Source: Tubiluchus corallicola (Eukaryota; Animalia; Priapulida). Taken from it: DNA of 64,000 nucleotides. Location: NCBI GenBank assembly GCA_030141605.1, contig JAQGDQ010000038.1, positions 806,001-870,000 on the forward strand, given 5' to 3'. Shown piece after piece: positions 24,105 to 38,384 of this stretch. The translations under genes and the position numbers were made by a program. The notes beneath the pieces were generated by a model that searched no databases, was not told the DNA's origin, and saw only the letters and a program-made list of their open reading frames with translations. Position 1 is the first letter of the stretch, and every line of letters starts with the position of its first letter.

Positions 24105-26069
24105 CTTTATTTTATACATTATAAACAATAATAATAAAGCCCCTTTATTTGTAGGAAAAAATTCTACTAATAGGCCTACCCTATAAAACTATCGCACTAA
24201 CCACTTGCTTCATGTTGTCATTAAAGATGTAAACATTATAGGTCTGTGGTCAAAGACTCGGACGCACCTGGCCTGTTTAATATGATGAATATAGTGGGAT
24301 GCTAGGATACGGTACATAAACAACTAAACATATTTTGACGTAGACATTTTTCATTTATTCGTAGTATGCTATTCATAGTTAATGTTTCACTAAGCAAATA
24401 GCCGAATTTAATATAAATACACACAAGCCTTGACGCAGAGACAGTCAAGCAATAAAGGTAGTCATGCAGTCAAACTCAGGTGTAATCATAAGAGGTTCTA
24501 GAAGAATCTTTGCTTCAAGCCACGTGTTAGAATTTTCAAAACGCAGTCATATAGAACCCCATAGCCCACAATATTATTTAACCCGACCGAAAAGAATTCA
24601 TTAAATCTGTCGGCCCTTCTGCTAGGAGCCACGTAGGCAAAACTGACAATAGCAGTATTATCACACAACTTAATTCTTAATGAAGATTAATTTGATCAAG
24701 TTAAGTTATTAATTAATTCAGATTTTTTAATTAATTAACAAAGATTAATTTATTCAAAAACTCAAATGTGTGAAAAGGAACGGAATTCAGATGAATTCAT
24801 TAAAGGAGAAGAAAGGGCAATTATAAAGTACGTATGTCCCAATAAACTTTCGACACAAAATTGTGAAATGTACGCTACTTAAAAATAATTTTCATTAAAC
24901 TTTACGCAATATTATCTGAACTTTTTTCAAACGACTTAGCGTAAAATGGCTGCCCCTAACAGTCATTGCGTGAGTTTAAATTTTCATGTTTTATACAGAG
25001 TTCCTGCTAACGCAATCTCTGTGCGCAATAAGGCAGTATGTAGATGATTTAAATTTTAAAACGAATTTTTTAACTTTATGTAAGCAAAGAGTTTTCGTGT
25101 GCTTTAACCTTGTTTCAGCATACAAAATTTTCTTAAAACGTATTCAAAACTTTTGAAAAATAACTGGTAAGAGTAACATACAAGTAGACATGTACGCCCC
25201 ATAGGCCAAATTTTGATATCTGCGTATAACCAAGTTTAATATGTACAGAGTCAGGCCTAATTTTTGTGGATACTCAATGAAATGTCGTGGCTTTCTTGTA
25301 AGAACCTTGCAAATAATTAACTGATTTTATTTGTAACTATTAAATTTTTGTAGCTCCCGGAAGTTGTAAACAACCGTTACTTTTCCTAAAGAAACAAGTT
25401 TGCGGATTCGTCTACAATTGTTCCTTTGAGACCTATAAATGAAAAATTTGTGTACCTTCAAATGATGGTTTGTTTGCTTGGCGGGTATACTAAACATACT
25501 TGAGTACATTTTGCCCAAAGTTTGATGACAGCCTGAACAAATAAATAAGGGACCAAGAGCTCGCAATAAAGTTTAAAAACTTTCAGCCATGTAAACACCA
25601 CAGTTACAAACGTAGGACTTCTCTGTTCATTCCCAAACAATGGGAATGTGCGTGGAACTTTGAACTGGCATCATATGGCATTTACGGAGGTGCAATAAAT
25701 GCATTTATTGAGCAAAAACTCGAACAAAGTTATTTTGTGAAACTACTAATAATTGCTTCTAAATACTGTTTTGCCGCCAATTTGCGTTTCTTCCTAAAAT
25801 GGCGTTGTTATGTCATAAAAGGTGTAATCCTCATCACCCCGAAACCCCAAAGAGATTGCGGCCCATCTTTATAGGTCTATTAGACTTAAATTGAGCTTAC
25901 CGTTGTTGTGAACCTAAAGTTGTAAGCCTAATTGGTGTTTCACAGTAAAATCGGAGACAATAGATTTAAATGTACCCATGTTGCTTATGGATTGGTGCGT
26001 TTAGTCAAAAAATGTATAAAACTTTCACATGATTAGCACGTTGAACTTTTGCGCCCATTATCAGTAATA

Positions 26070-26260
26070 GGGGAATAGCTTGATTGGGTCACTGTTGCGT
26101 GCGTGGCGGGCGAAGTTAAGCCAAACCAGCTGAGCTAAATGGACGGATGACCACCAGTGGCATCTCGGCGTTTCTTTGCCAGTCTTGTAATGAACTCTGA
26201 CTGGGACCACAGGCCTTCCCGTTGTGCGCTGTGTACCGGTTTACAAGAGGTCGAACTGTA
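26070..26260 (+). mobile_element. SINE-like repeat with a 5S rRNA-related segment
   Basis: GAAGTTAAGC...AATGGACGGATGACCACC resembles the 5S internal control region (GAAGCTAAGC...TGGATGGGAGACC); related segments at ~14230-14280(+), 30685-30740(-) and 49765-49850(+). Confidence 0.5.
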
Positions 26261-26269
26261 TAAAAATGT

Positions 26270-26700
26270 TTTCGAGTCTGAATAATTGAGTGCCTGTATG
26301 TATGACGTAATTGGAAATTATGTGGAGTAATTGGTAATTAAAGAACCGAGTTAGTATAGCCTGGAAAACAGAAGGTATTTGGTTCGAGTCCCAGTTGAGG
26401 TAAAAAATCGAGCTTTCTAAGTTAGTACTTCTTTCATGTGCTTATCTGATGGATTTCCAACTATGATACAGTGTAGACTATAATTCCTCTTTGATAGACC
26501 TCTGCTGGCTTCAGTATTGTGTACATTTCTGAGTCTCAAATGTTGAGCGCACTCATGGTGTAATAGCAAGCAGAAAGTCCTAGGCTCATGTCCCAGTGGA
26601 TCATTGCAAAACTTTTCAGACTTTATAATTTAGTATTGTTTTCCTGCGTTTAGTAGGCAGTGATTACAGTCTATAGGATTTCACGTCTATGTTTACCGTC
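26270..26700 (+). mobile_element. Head-to-tail dimer of the tRNA-like (GGA loop) repeat
   Basis: Two units, each with a GAGTCT(G/C)AA..TTGAG lead-in, a tRNA-like segment (GCCTGGAAAACAGAAGG...GGTTCGAGTCCCAG) and a shared 3' flank. Confidence 0.65.
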
Positions 26701-27014
26701 TGTGATTATGAATGAGATCCGAAAATACCTCTGTCATTTACGATTTTTAAGTAGTTCACATCCACTTCTAATCTGAAGAAATAGTTGTAGAATTCTATTT
26801 GCAGATTTTCTATATTTCAGCTTCTACTGTATTGGCGCATTGGTTTTCGTTACCTTTTCTTTGCTTGCCTCTCTCGCATGCCATTGTTTCAAGAAGAAAA
26901 GACGAAGATGATGATGTTGATGACGACATAATAATTATACACATTTAAAGAACTAGGCCTACTAACGTTTCTTGACACAAAATCATAAAAATAAAAAGCT
27001 TCTAAGAATAAAAA

Positions 27015-27245
27015 TGTTTTAATTTGACGTCTAAAAACAGCAGTAGTTTGGGGTTTTTTAATCTCGTCTGGAAGCGCATTCCATAAACGAGAGGCAGCAC
27101 TGGACGAAAATCTATCGCCAGTTGAAAAATGACTAACATTGTTCTAGGTTGTGCTAGAGTGTTAATATCACATGACCTAAGTCGGCATTGTATAAGTTAA
27201 AGTACATATGGTGTATGAGCAAACCCATACAAGGATTTGTAAGTT
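27015..27245 (-). mobile_element. L2-type LINE 3' end fragment
   Basis: Minus strand GDRFSSSAASRLWNALPDEIK...FRRQIKTFL, typical L2 ORF terminus. Confidence 0.7.
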
Positions 27246-28839
27246 ACATATTTGTGAATTTCGTCAAGCTAGCTTGCAAGCTAACGAGTTATTAAGCGAA
27301 ATGTTTATGGAAAAAAATAGCAAATAAGATTCAAGAAGACTTTGTGAAAAATGGTTGTTGTCATTTCTCAAATGAGTAGGTTAGTAATGCTAAATGTACG
27401 TCCAACTATATGTATATACTATTCCAACTATACAGCAATAAGTACCGAAATAGTTTTATTTGTAAGTACGAAGTGCGATTCTGCAACATTATCAAAGCAC
27501 ATGTAAATATACTTTTCAGCGTATATAGAAGTGTGCTTTTGCGCAGAGTTAAACAAGGAGTTAAATCTTCCAACAGCGTTCTTTCTCACCAACAAAAGCT
27601 TTGTGAAACATCAAAACGTCTAAAATGGCAATGAAATAAACTTTACAGTTACTAGCAAGTAATAAACGGGAGGTAGTATGAAAATTGGAAAAAACTATAA
27701 TACTGACAACTATAAACGGATACTAAACCATTGAGCTATCCCACTGGTCCTAGAACAGTTGCAAACAACGGTTGTTTACAATAGTTTTTTAAGAGTGCTA
27801 GTGATGCAAAATCATAGCGTATTCATCCTCTTATTTTTATTTTTTCATTCTGCTTTTTATTTCTTAAACGTCGTTAACGAACTGTGCAGACAGATTTCAT
27901 TAAGTGCATTACTTTCATTTTGAAAATTAAAACCTTAGAAATGAGAGCTTAGCTTGCAGTAAGTATGCTTACCATAGTGTCCAGTCATTCTAACACGTAT
28001 AGTGCATTCATTACTGTTAACAACAGCTGTAACTGAAAACAAGCTGCTAACATCTTATAAAGCTGGATTATTATGCGCAAGTCACAAGTGTCTATGACTG
28101 CTGCTTCGTGATTCTACTGGTTTAAGCTTGCAACTTTTGCAACGTTATTTATAAAACGTGACTATTTGGATAAATGATCTAAAAGTACGGTCAATCCGTG
28201 TCAACCGTCTGTAGAAAACATCTTACGTACAAACAAGGCTCGTATGTATATTGTTAGACTAAAAGTTACCGGATAGCATTATGGCGCTTTAAGAATGAAA
28301 GAGCTATCTCAAGACACAACGCTGAAGCTTTTACAGAAAAATCAAATATTCTGCAGCTCCTTTGTGTAATTTAAACTAACTACAGAAACAAAAATGTCTT
28401 GAAAAATTTTCAGTAGAAAATTTCTACCGCGCTGTTAGCTTAATAATAAATTATTATACCTCACATAGGTCTTAAATACCAATGCAAGGTATCTTGGGCA
28501 TCTTTTCATCTTAATAATCTTTTTACCAAAAGCTGAAGATATCAACAACTTGCCGACATAAAGTGCCGCTTTTCGAGGCATCAAATATGCACGAAGCATC
28601 AAGACATAACATCTCAAATAGCTGTTGGGCTATTTTGATGAAAATTAACTGTTCAGTACACAAACTTTTGAGTAGGGCAAATAAAAACAGTAGTAACTAA
28701 ATTTTAAACAATTATACATTTTAAGAAGCCCATAAATGACATGGTAAAATAATTTAATATCATATCCACAATACAGGTACCTAGCCATTAATTATTATAT
28801 ATTTCCCGGTGACGCGATCTCATCAATTGTTGTCATGCT

Positions 28840-28960
28840 TACTTAAGACGTAACCGCCTGGAAAGCAGGTCTAGAGTTCAAATCCCAATGGAGTGCAAAA
28901 CTTTTCCAGAATTTCTAATTTAATATAGCTTTTGTGCATTTATGTGATTAGTTTCTGACC
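28840..28960 (+). mobile_element. tRNA-like (GGA loop) repeat copy
   Basis: CCGCCTGGAAAGCAGGTCTAGAGTTCAAATCCCAATGGAGTGCAAAACTTTT. Confidence 0.65.
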
Positions 28961-29693
28961 AGAAGATCCTATGTTACGGATCAGGAAATTCTGAATAGCA
29001 CAAAACAATTTTCTCAATTTTTGGGAGATCCATATAATTATAATTATAAGACTGCAGCACACCAGAATATTATCAGCACTACAGCACTAATCAGCGACGT
29101 ACTTATTACATAACATATACTACAAATATGTCTGTTTTAATATATACTCTCCACATCCAAAGTATAATGGGTATCTACGACACGAGGGTGTCAATTTGAT
29201 TATAATAACCAGGACTGGTCTTTTATTACCTTGATAATATTAATAAATAATCAAAAAACGAGCAGCTTATTCGTCCCTACAGGCCCACTGTAATATCTTC
29301 GTAATTACTACCATGCTAATAGCTATGACAACTGCTAATAAGTTGAATAGTAACGACAGGTATAATGGGTTAATCGGCTATTCATAGCCGGAGCGAACCC
29401 CATGATGGCAATAAAAAGAGAAAAGAGGCGATGAAATAACAATTCGTAAACTAATGTATAAGTATGTGGGTGTATATCAAAAGCGATTTGGAGGTTATTA
29501 AAATAAACACAAAGTTATTGATTGGAATTAGCAGTTTCACTCATTTTAGTCTTCACTCACATGTTCGTTTTTACTTGAACTTTCCTTTAATGAAACGATA
29601 ACATGTCACAATTTAGAATTATCGTATAACGAATTATTATAATCTTCATGTCAAAATTATTATTAATGACTTAAAAACCCGCAGTTTTTTAAA

Positions 29694-29918
29694 TTTTGCT
29701 ACCAAACTTGAAAGAGAGGAAATATGAAAATACAGCCTGGATTTGAACCAGGGGCATTCTGTTTACAAGACAGATACTTTTAAGACAACTAGCAACTTTG
29801 GACTGCCTTAATCACTGGAGAGGATGGTAGTCCAAGGCGTCTGTCCTGTCACCAGAAATTGCCTGGTTCAAATCCAAATTGCATTAACATTTGCTGTCTT
29901 TCAGTTTGGTATTAAAAT
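29694..29918. mobile_element. Inverted (head-to-head) pair of tRNA-like units
   Basis: Left arm reverse-complemented reads CTGTCTTGTAAACAGAATGCCCCTGGTTCAAATCCAGGCTG...TTTCAAGTTTGGTAGCAAAA and matches the right arm CTGTCCTGTCACCAGAAATTGCCTGGTTCAAATCC...TTTCAGTTTGGTATTAAAA; single copy at ~56435-56520. Confidence 0.7.
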
Positions 29919-32900
29919 CTACACCCAAGCGAAGTAAATAAGAAAACCAGAAAAATTTTGTCACCCAGTGTCACTCGAACAAAAGTCTTCTCTCTTCTCT
30001 AATAAGCTAACCATTATAATTCAAACGAAAAGCCTCACTGGCTTTCATACGGAACTTGGACTTGGTTTCACCGAAATGATTAACCACAAATGTATAACTG
30101 CCATTTAAAATACATTTTACAAATACAGAAACACCGCAAGCGCGCAAAATACTCAAATATTGTACCCAGATTTAATTAAAAGTTAAGTAAATAGGTATTT
30201 TTACTTTTCGCTCATGGCAAAATGTTGCATTAGGGTTGTCATTGACGTCTAGTTTATTACTTCGTCACATATATCAATAAAATACCCTTCTAACACGCAC
30301 GCAGTATAAATAATTCTAGTTAACGATGGTACAAAACCACAATTAATTGAATTTTGACTCAAATTTTAAAAATCAGAAATGCAAAAATGTTGGAAATAGC
30401 CTAGAACCAGGTAGATACCATGTAATGTGTTCTAACTTTTTGATAATTTGTGTTTTTTCAAGTTTAAGTTGCCATCAAAGTTCAATTATTTGTTGGTTTG
30501 TACCATTATAAATAATCATCTTGACATTAAGATTATAAATAATTAATGACATTAAGTTTTTCATACAATTTGTCACACTGATAAATATACCTAGAACTTA
30601 GTGGCACGGTTTACTGCTGATATTGAATGGTTATAGTAGAACTTTCGAGGTAATCACCAAAATAATCCTCTACTATGAGCTGCATAAGCAGCCATCATCC
30701 GTCCATTTACTAAGTAGGCATAGGGTTGTTTAACATTGATTATTTAGAATACAACGTTACTCTTTCCTGACCGCATACGCAGCTGTTTTCTTCGTTCTCA
30801 TTTTTTCCAAAGTATTTCTTAATTGTATTCATTTTAAACACTTTTAAAGTACATTTATTTAAAATAGGTATGTATGTAGTCTGATGTAACTAGCTGTAAG
30901 TTTGAAAAAGTTTCTAACGAAAACAACAACAGGCAAAAAAACCGTCTTACCTGTGAAAAAATTAAAAAGCACGGTGGAAAAACAACGATGAATAGGTTAT
31001 AATAATCAGTTGATTCTTGGACAGTAAAACTACTCCTTTTTTCATTCCATAATAATGTTGTGAGAAGCCAATAGCTTTTTTAAAAACTAGCTTGCACACA
31101 CAGTTCTAAAAGCGGAAATACTTATTATGTATCCAAAATAATTGTTAAACCTTTACTATAACTTTTTCAGGTGTAGTTTCAACAGCGCTTTAGCTCTTAT
31201 TTATAAGAATCGTTTGGTCACGTTCACATTGACACAACAGAACAAACTGACGTATGCCTACACAACACGGCACTATGAGTTCATAGCAAATAAACCAAAA
31301 TTTTACTGCAGGGATGGTTGTAGACTTTGGGGCTGGCTAACTTAGCAAGAAATCATGTTTTGGGCAGATTCTGCGTCAGCACGCGTGCGTAGGTATGGGC
31401 CTACGATAACTTGCGCGCGCCTTGCGGGCTCATGATGACCTGTGCGCGCTCTTTGAAGTAGCGTTAATAACTGGTTAATCTGTAATAGTATTGACACTGA
31501 TCAGACCACAGTAACTGTCAACCTCACAAATGTGGTTAAACATACCACTGTTACGACAGCCTATATTAGTGGAGCTTATCTGTTACCTGTAACTTGGTGG
31601 GGGTGATTCGCTTAACATGGCAGCAAGAGAAGAATGCATTACCTAGAATTAATAAATATGCTCAGAAGATTCCACAATCATATTGGTAGGGTTTTCTGAT
31701 TGGTCTACATTACGCTATATTATATAGAAAATGATTCAGTGAAACAGAGTCAGAATAACGTCATCAGTTTTGTTACTAATGACGACGTGCTGTCAATGGT
31801 CATTAATATTCGTCACTAACGACGACAGGCTATTAATGGCATTAACGCCCGACCCCGATGGCAACAGGCGGTTAATAGCCACTGACGTCACGCGATTGTC
31901 ATTTGCGAGCGCCATTGTTTAAAATAGTTTTTCACATCTGAACGTTAATGAACATTGCACCAGTAACTTCTATGTCCGATTAGTGTTTATCGTATTTCAA
32001 ATGCATTTTGTACTGCTGGGGGCACTACCACTCAAACTTTGATCAAAATGAATTTTCTAACGCAATAAACACTAATCCAACGTAGATGTTACTGATGACT
32101 AAAATATAATGTAATTTCTTTGAGAACATTTATTTTTATTAAAATGGGGTTGCACTCGTTTAGTTAAAGTCATGGTATCTTTTACTAGTCAGAGAAACAT
32201 ATCTGTAGATGATTCTGATAGCGCGGTATGAAATTAATGTTGAATTTAATTTTAACTGCATTAAATTTTATTTCACAATAAAAATGCAAGTATATACGTA
32301 CATTTAATAATGTTGCGTAGCAAAATATTTCACCGTGTGGAGAACGAAGGAGCATATTTGCTATCTGGTACTCATCCAAGGAATACAGTAATTGATGAGT
32401 TTCTAATTTATATTTCTGCAATATTTGTAATTTAAATGTATAAGATAAAATAAGTTTAACTAGTAATTTAAAGTCAGGATGAGATCTGATTATTGTGATT
32501 AGTTGTGACTGTTGCAGCAAAAATAATTGTCTTTATGAATTTTTAAATTGATGACATTTCATTTTACGAGGAATTGATGATCATATTTTAATAGCATTAT
32601 ATTTTGATAACTGTTTCGTTACATTTGTTTTTGAGAGATGTAGTACATATAGTTTTCAACTGAATATCGTGTGAATTAACATGCTGATTTGAAACTGGAC
32701 AAAAGTAGGATTGAAAAGTTGGGAGAAGACGTAAATTGTGATGCTGATATATGAAATAGGATTGTACATTATTATGTTTCTATATCTATAAGGTTTTTTG
32801 AAAAGACTTGTAGATTATATCTGTAAAGCGATCATACCTCCTACATGGGATATTAGTTTTAGTAATTTTACCCTTGCAATAATAATGTTACTGTTTAGTA

Positions 32901-33692
32901 GATACAGGAACTCTATCATTTGCTATCGCAAAGCGCCATCTAATGGCAATCATCTAAACTTTTTACTTTGTGGAATCTGCAAAAATGATTACCATTAATT
33001 GAATTTTAATTTTAATAATTTTTATTTTTTATATTATTATAATACAATACTCACATAAATCCTAAAATTAATTTGCAGACAGACATTTCGTAACCTATTG
33101 TTTCTTAAATTTAGTGTTGGCTTGCAAAATCATTGAATAAATGTTATTTTGAACGACAGAGGCCGTTACTCGCCAAGAAATATAAAAACATTCTAAGTAT
33201 ATAATTATATTGCACTGTCGACTAGATAAAAAAGCTGGAATCAACAAAAAATCAAGAATTATGAAGCAACGTCTCTTCACTTGTAATGAACAAGCTTTAT
33301 CAAACGACAATTAATTATGAAAAGGATGGTTAGTGTATGATGATTGAACTGAATCGCGCATGCATGCAATATGTGACTTTGTTTAATTTTTCATTTGTAC
33401 CCATCATTTGTCCCATCATTTGTTCATTTGTATATTTCATTTGGTCATACATTCACTCCTGCATTCGCTTGCTACCTTTCATTCTCTTGCTTATTCTTAT
33501 TCATTTAACCAGACTCTTTACTCTTTCTACGTTTGTTTGTTTATCTGTCTGTATGTTCGTACGTTTATTTTCGTTTGAACCCATTTGCTTAGTTTCTTAA
33601 GTTTGTCGATCAGATCGGCCAGTCATTTATTCCTTTACCCACACACTTTTTCGCTCAAAGATTCACTTATACGTTTCTTTATTTGTATCTTC

Positions 33693-33871
33693 TCATTCAT
33701 TCATTCATTCATTCATTCATTCATTCATTCATTCATTCATTCATTCATTCATTCATTCATTCATTCATTCATTCATTCATTCATTCATTCATTCATTCAT
33801 TCATTCATTCATTCATTCATCTATCCATTCGTTAGTTCTTTCGTTCGTTCGTTCGTTCATTCATTCATTCA
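33693..33871. repeat. (TTCA)n microsatellite
   Basis: Direct reading. Confidence 0.98.
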
Positions 33872-34802
33872 TATCCATTTGCTGGTTTATTCGTTTGTTT
33901 TTTGTCCAACCCCATCAGTCCATCCAAGCAACCAATCAGAACACTTTGACTAGAGCGTGAATTTATTTATGCTACTCAAACTGAGAAGCCAACTTACTAA
34001 CTTTCGGCATCAAGGAAATCACTTTAAGCAGAAGTTGCTCAACTTACATTCTAACAGCAACGCATTCTAATTACTGCAGAGTTACATTCAAGCATGAAAG
34101 TAGTCAAGATTTAGGCCTAAACTAAAAAGTACCTGCTTATTTTCGACGTTCAGCAGGTTGTTAAATTTTGTGGTAACTGAGTAACTTCTTGACTGAACTG
34201 AGTTTTTAAATAGCTAAAGAGTGGGTAGGTTTTCAAGTTTAAATAACTTGAATAATTTCGTGTTTAAAACGAGTTTTGAGTTGCTAGAAAAGAGGTTGGT
34301 TTCTCAGTTGAAAGAAACTTAAGTAATTTGTATTTTAAAATAAACTCCTGAGTTCTAAAAACCAGTAATTGGTTACTCGGTTTGAGTAACTTAGTTTCAT
34401 GTTTGAATGAATACTCTTTTAGGCTGATTTCTTTTTTTAGGATAACTTGAGCAGCTCATTACTTTGAATTGGGCTCTTTGAGCCCTGAAAATACGTAATT
34501 TAGTTACTCAGTTTCAGTTATTTGAACAATCTCGGGTACAAGCTGAAGTTTCAGAAGTTAATTGTGTGATAAATTTTAGTAGCCAAAATTTTCTCTTTTT
34601 TGTATTTTAGCTGTCAAGGGAATGTACTCACGTGCACGACATCCGATTGAATTATTCATTTTGAAAACTATTAAAATGATTGACGGCTTCTTATGCCTTA
34701 TTAACTCTGTACTCACTAACCTGGTAATATTAATGAGTGCTCTCTGCAAACACAATTCTTCACGGAATTAGATACAGCTTGCTCTCAATTTTCATTCTTT
34801 AA

Positions 34803-35367
34803 AGGAAGAAAGGATGATTTTTTTCATATACTACCCCAATTTCAAGTACGATAATAAAAAGTATACACTTTAACACCAGTAATACTGCAATAGTTTCTGA
34901 TAGCTAAATAATTGAATTGAAATCTTAATTAAGCGCGGCAAGCCCAAACGACAATGATTTTCAACAGCACAAACATTACACGAGCATGTTACAGGTTTTT
35001 TATCCAGTGCTAGTGTAAGAGATACGGCGTGTCGTGCTAAAACTTCGTGCTAAGATAAAAGTTCAAATTTCAAATTTACCGCTGTGCTCATGCATGAGCT
35101 GTCGAACGTGTGCAGTACGTCACGAACGAACACCTTTAAACTGAGAGGTACAGCACCTGTTTTTGTGCAGCCCGTTTCCGAAATGCAGGCGCCTGTGCCC
35201 GTCCAGCGAATGCATGTAATTGCTGAGAACTAGTCGGCGAACACCAATTTGAGTTTGTGTGGTAGCATTTCTTTCACGTAAGTCATTCTTCAAAAATATT
35301 ATTTTTCCTCTCAGTACTTTAAAGAGTAGATTCTGACCTACAGTTCAAGATTGGATCCGCTTTTCCT
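34803..35367. mobile_element. Second Kolobok-like MITE family (TTAA target)
   Basis: ttaa|AGGAAGAAAGGATG...GATCCGCTTTTCCT|ttaa; internal homology to 6350-6800. Confidence 0.55.
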
Positions 35368-37669
35368 TTAAATTTATTATCATCATTATTGCATTTTCCT
35401 ATTACAGTTTGTAGTTAATAAACTCTTAAACTAAGCATTGTTCACAAGTTTGCGACTCTGTAACAGAATATTCTATCAACAATAATAAAAGCGGCACTTC
35501 AATCAGCTTCATATATACATTACCTTTATCAATTATCCTGTATACCAGATTCTCCCAAGAGAGCTAAAGGATGATGGGAATTGATAGCAAGCTTCCTAGC
35601 TGCTGCTGCCCAGCAATAGTGTGACAGGCTTTCTAGGCAAGACCATTATGTTTGTACATTAATATATGAACCTTGCCTAACAGTAGCCATAAATTATTGG
35701 CTGATTACGCGAGTAGAAATGGAACTGTAAATTATTTTATTTCGGTTTGCTTTTATAGGTAGCCTAATTCGACTTGACTGTCAGCCGTACAAGTTATCTC
35801 AAGGCACATGCCACTTACGTTTTTTGTAAATTCAGGTGAGCAGATCTCTGTAATGTTTTACGTGGCTGTCGGTTTAGAAATCGTTGAAATATTGCTGTAT
35901 CGTTCTGCAAAATAATTTTCCTTTTCCATCATTTTTGTGAATAAAGATAAAGTAATAACCTGCACGTTCTGTTTTTGTTTACTTTCGAATAATTGTAGGC
36001 ACTGCTTACTAATGTTTATTTTAATTTAAACGCGCAAGTGAATATAAAATATTTTGCCAATTTTAAATAAGTAATTAGAATTTTTCTTGTTCTCAAATTA
36101 TAAAAACACAATCAAACTAAGTTAACCTCGCGTTGTTAAGCTGCTACTTCTTGAAATCTTGTCAAAAATGACGTCATTGGGAAAGATGGTTATTGCTACA
36201 TCTGAAACTCAAAAATTAATGTAGTGAACAGTATCAATCACATCGGCTGAACAAACTGTACGATTACCACGTATCACCATTTAAAAATATTGTACGTACA
36301 TGAATACGTACATGAACCACATTCAAACTCACTACGGTTCATAAACGATCCTTCAGGGCATGTGGCCCTTACTGTTGGAATTTGCCGCCGTACGAACTAA
36401 GAACGTGCACGAATGTTGATACCTTTAATCCAAATTAGAACTTATTTGTTCTTAAAAGCTTTTTGTGATTCCTAAAGGCTATTTCAAATCATCTTTGTAA
36501 TTTCATAGTCCTAATTGTATAAATCGCGATTTGAAAGTTTACATGTTTGAAATGTTTTGCATGCTTCTCAAAGATTTTTAAGCCTCAAAAAGCAAGTTAT
36601 TTGATACTTTTATCTAAATTGAAAACTCACTGGTTCAACTGTTTTATTTTCTTTACGTATTGGCCTCACTTTATACATTTTATAATTTTATGTAAATTTA
36701 TTATCTTAATGTGAAATGTTAGAATAATAATTATCGTAAAGCGTTCTGTAGCATATAAATATAGATAGCCCGCTATAGAAAAGTAAAATCAACTTAACTA
36801 AATAAACTAGTGTGAATAGGGTAAGTGGTGCCTAATAGCTTGAGCTAAGGAACAACAGTCAAACACACAAATTTAATTTTACTGTATTCTTTCTTCCAAC
36901 TAGAAGACGTACCAAAGCTGTAAAAATAAATGCATTTGAAAATTAAAACCAATTCCACAAACATAAAATAATAAATGATAAAAACAATAGTTTTCGACTA
37001 ACTGATTTACATGATTGATTATTATTAAATATTCTTGCGCTCTCAGACTAGTGAAGGGTTAATAAGCTAGCTTATCTATGTAATATTAAGACGGATGGAG
37101 GCTAGCGCGAGTTTAATTTACGCCGTTTTCAAGATTTTCGTAAACTTGTTTGGAAAATAATACGCCGCTTGAGGGTTCAAGTAACACAACTTGACAATAC
37201 AGTGAAAGAACTCAAGAAAAAGGCAAAAATTGATTTGCTATTTTAATGCAGATGGATCGATGGATGTAATTATACAACCGTCTCCTTACATCACTCGATA
37301 ACGACAACACACCATAGACAAATGGATATTAAATTTCCTTATTCAGAATATATTAGATCTGTAATGGTAACTATTATTGGTTTTATCTCCAACGCTTTAG
37401 CCAACCCGTTGATATAAGAAATGGGGTTTTGTATTAAAAGAAGCAGTTTGCCTTGGTTAGCAGGATTGCTTTGCATCTGGGACTAATGCCAAGCTGGGAA
37501 TCGGTTATTTGGGGTGCTTACAGCATGGATTAAGCCCAAGCCTCGAGTTCGAATCCAACTCTGTATGGTTTAATTAGTTTAATGTATTTTCTCTTCAGAA
37601 TAAAGAAACAATTTTGCTTTCAAGCGAACAAACCCGAGCAAATGTTACAGCAAACCATTATCTAGCTTC

Positions 37670-37990
37670 GTGAAAGCTAGTTACGGGTTGAGTCTTGGGT
37701 TCGAGACCAATTCAAATGCAAAAATTTCAGAGTTTCTGGTTTAGTGTTGCCTTCGTGTGTTCATAGAACTGAACTTTTACTATGTCTTGACAACAGTGCA
37801 GACTATGATTCCCTGTTGATAAACGAGTGAATGGTTTATTGTGTAACTTTCTAAGTCTGAAATGTCAGAGTGTTTCTGTGGTGTAATAGTTAGCATAGCT
37901 GCGCGGAAGCGAGAAAATCTTGACTTCCAGTGGAGACGTAAAATTTTTCAGAATTTTTTAGTCTTTCTAATTTAGTACTAGTAATTTAGT
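37670..37990 (+). mobile_element. Head-to-tail dimer of the tRNA-like repeat
   Basis: GTCTTGGGTTCGAGACC...(spacer)...GTGGTGTAATAGTTAGCATAGCTGCGCGGAAGCGAG...CCAGTGGAG; spacer homologous to 26400-26540. Confidence 0.65.
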
Positions 37991-38384
37991 ATTCGCAGAA
38001 TTAACTGCTCAAAATTAACAAACCGGCAATTTTAACAGCATTCCGCAAATACTTGATTTACAACCTTAGAAACAACATGATCTCACGCATGCGCGAGGCA
38101 CAGGAACTGAGAGCCAAGTTAAAACTGCGCCTACTCGGCGTTTTGGCATTTAAAAGGGTTAATTTCAAACATTATTTTCCTATTCATTTATCAAGCTACC
38201 AACTGCTGGTGGCTTTGACATTTCCATTTAAAAGATAGACATCACATTTACGGCCAGAAATAAACAGATAATCGCTGACTGGTTACGAAAAAGAAAATAG
38301 ATTATCAATCGTTTTTGCTAAAGATGCTAAACAGTAAACACTGTTACAGCATAATATACCGATTGAATTACAGTAGATTAAAAT

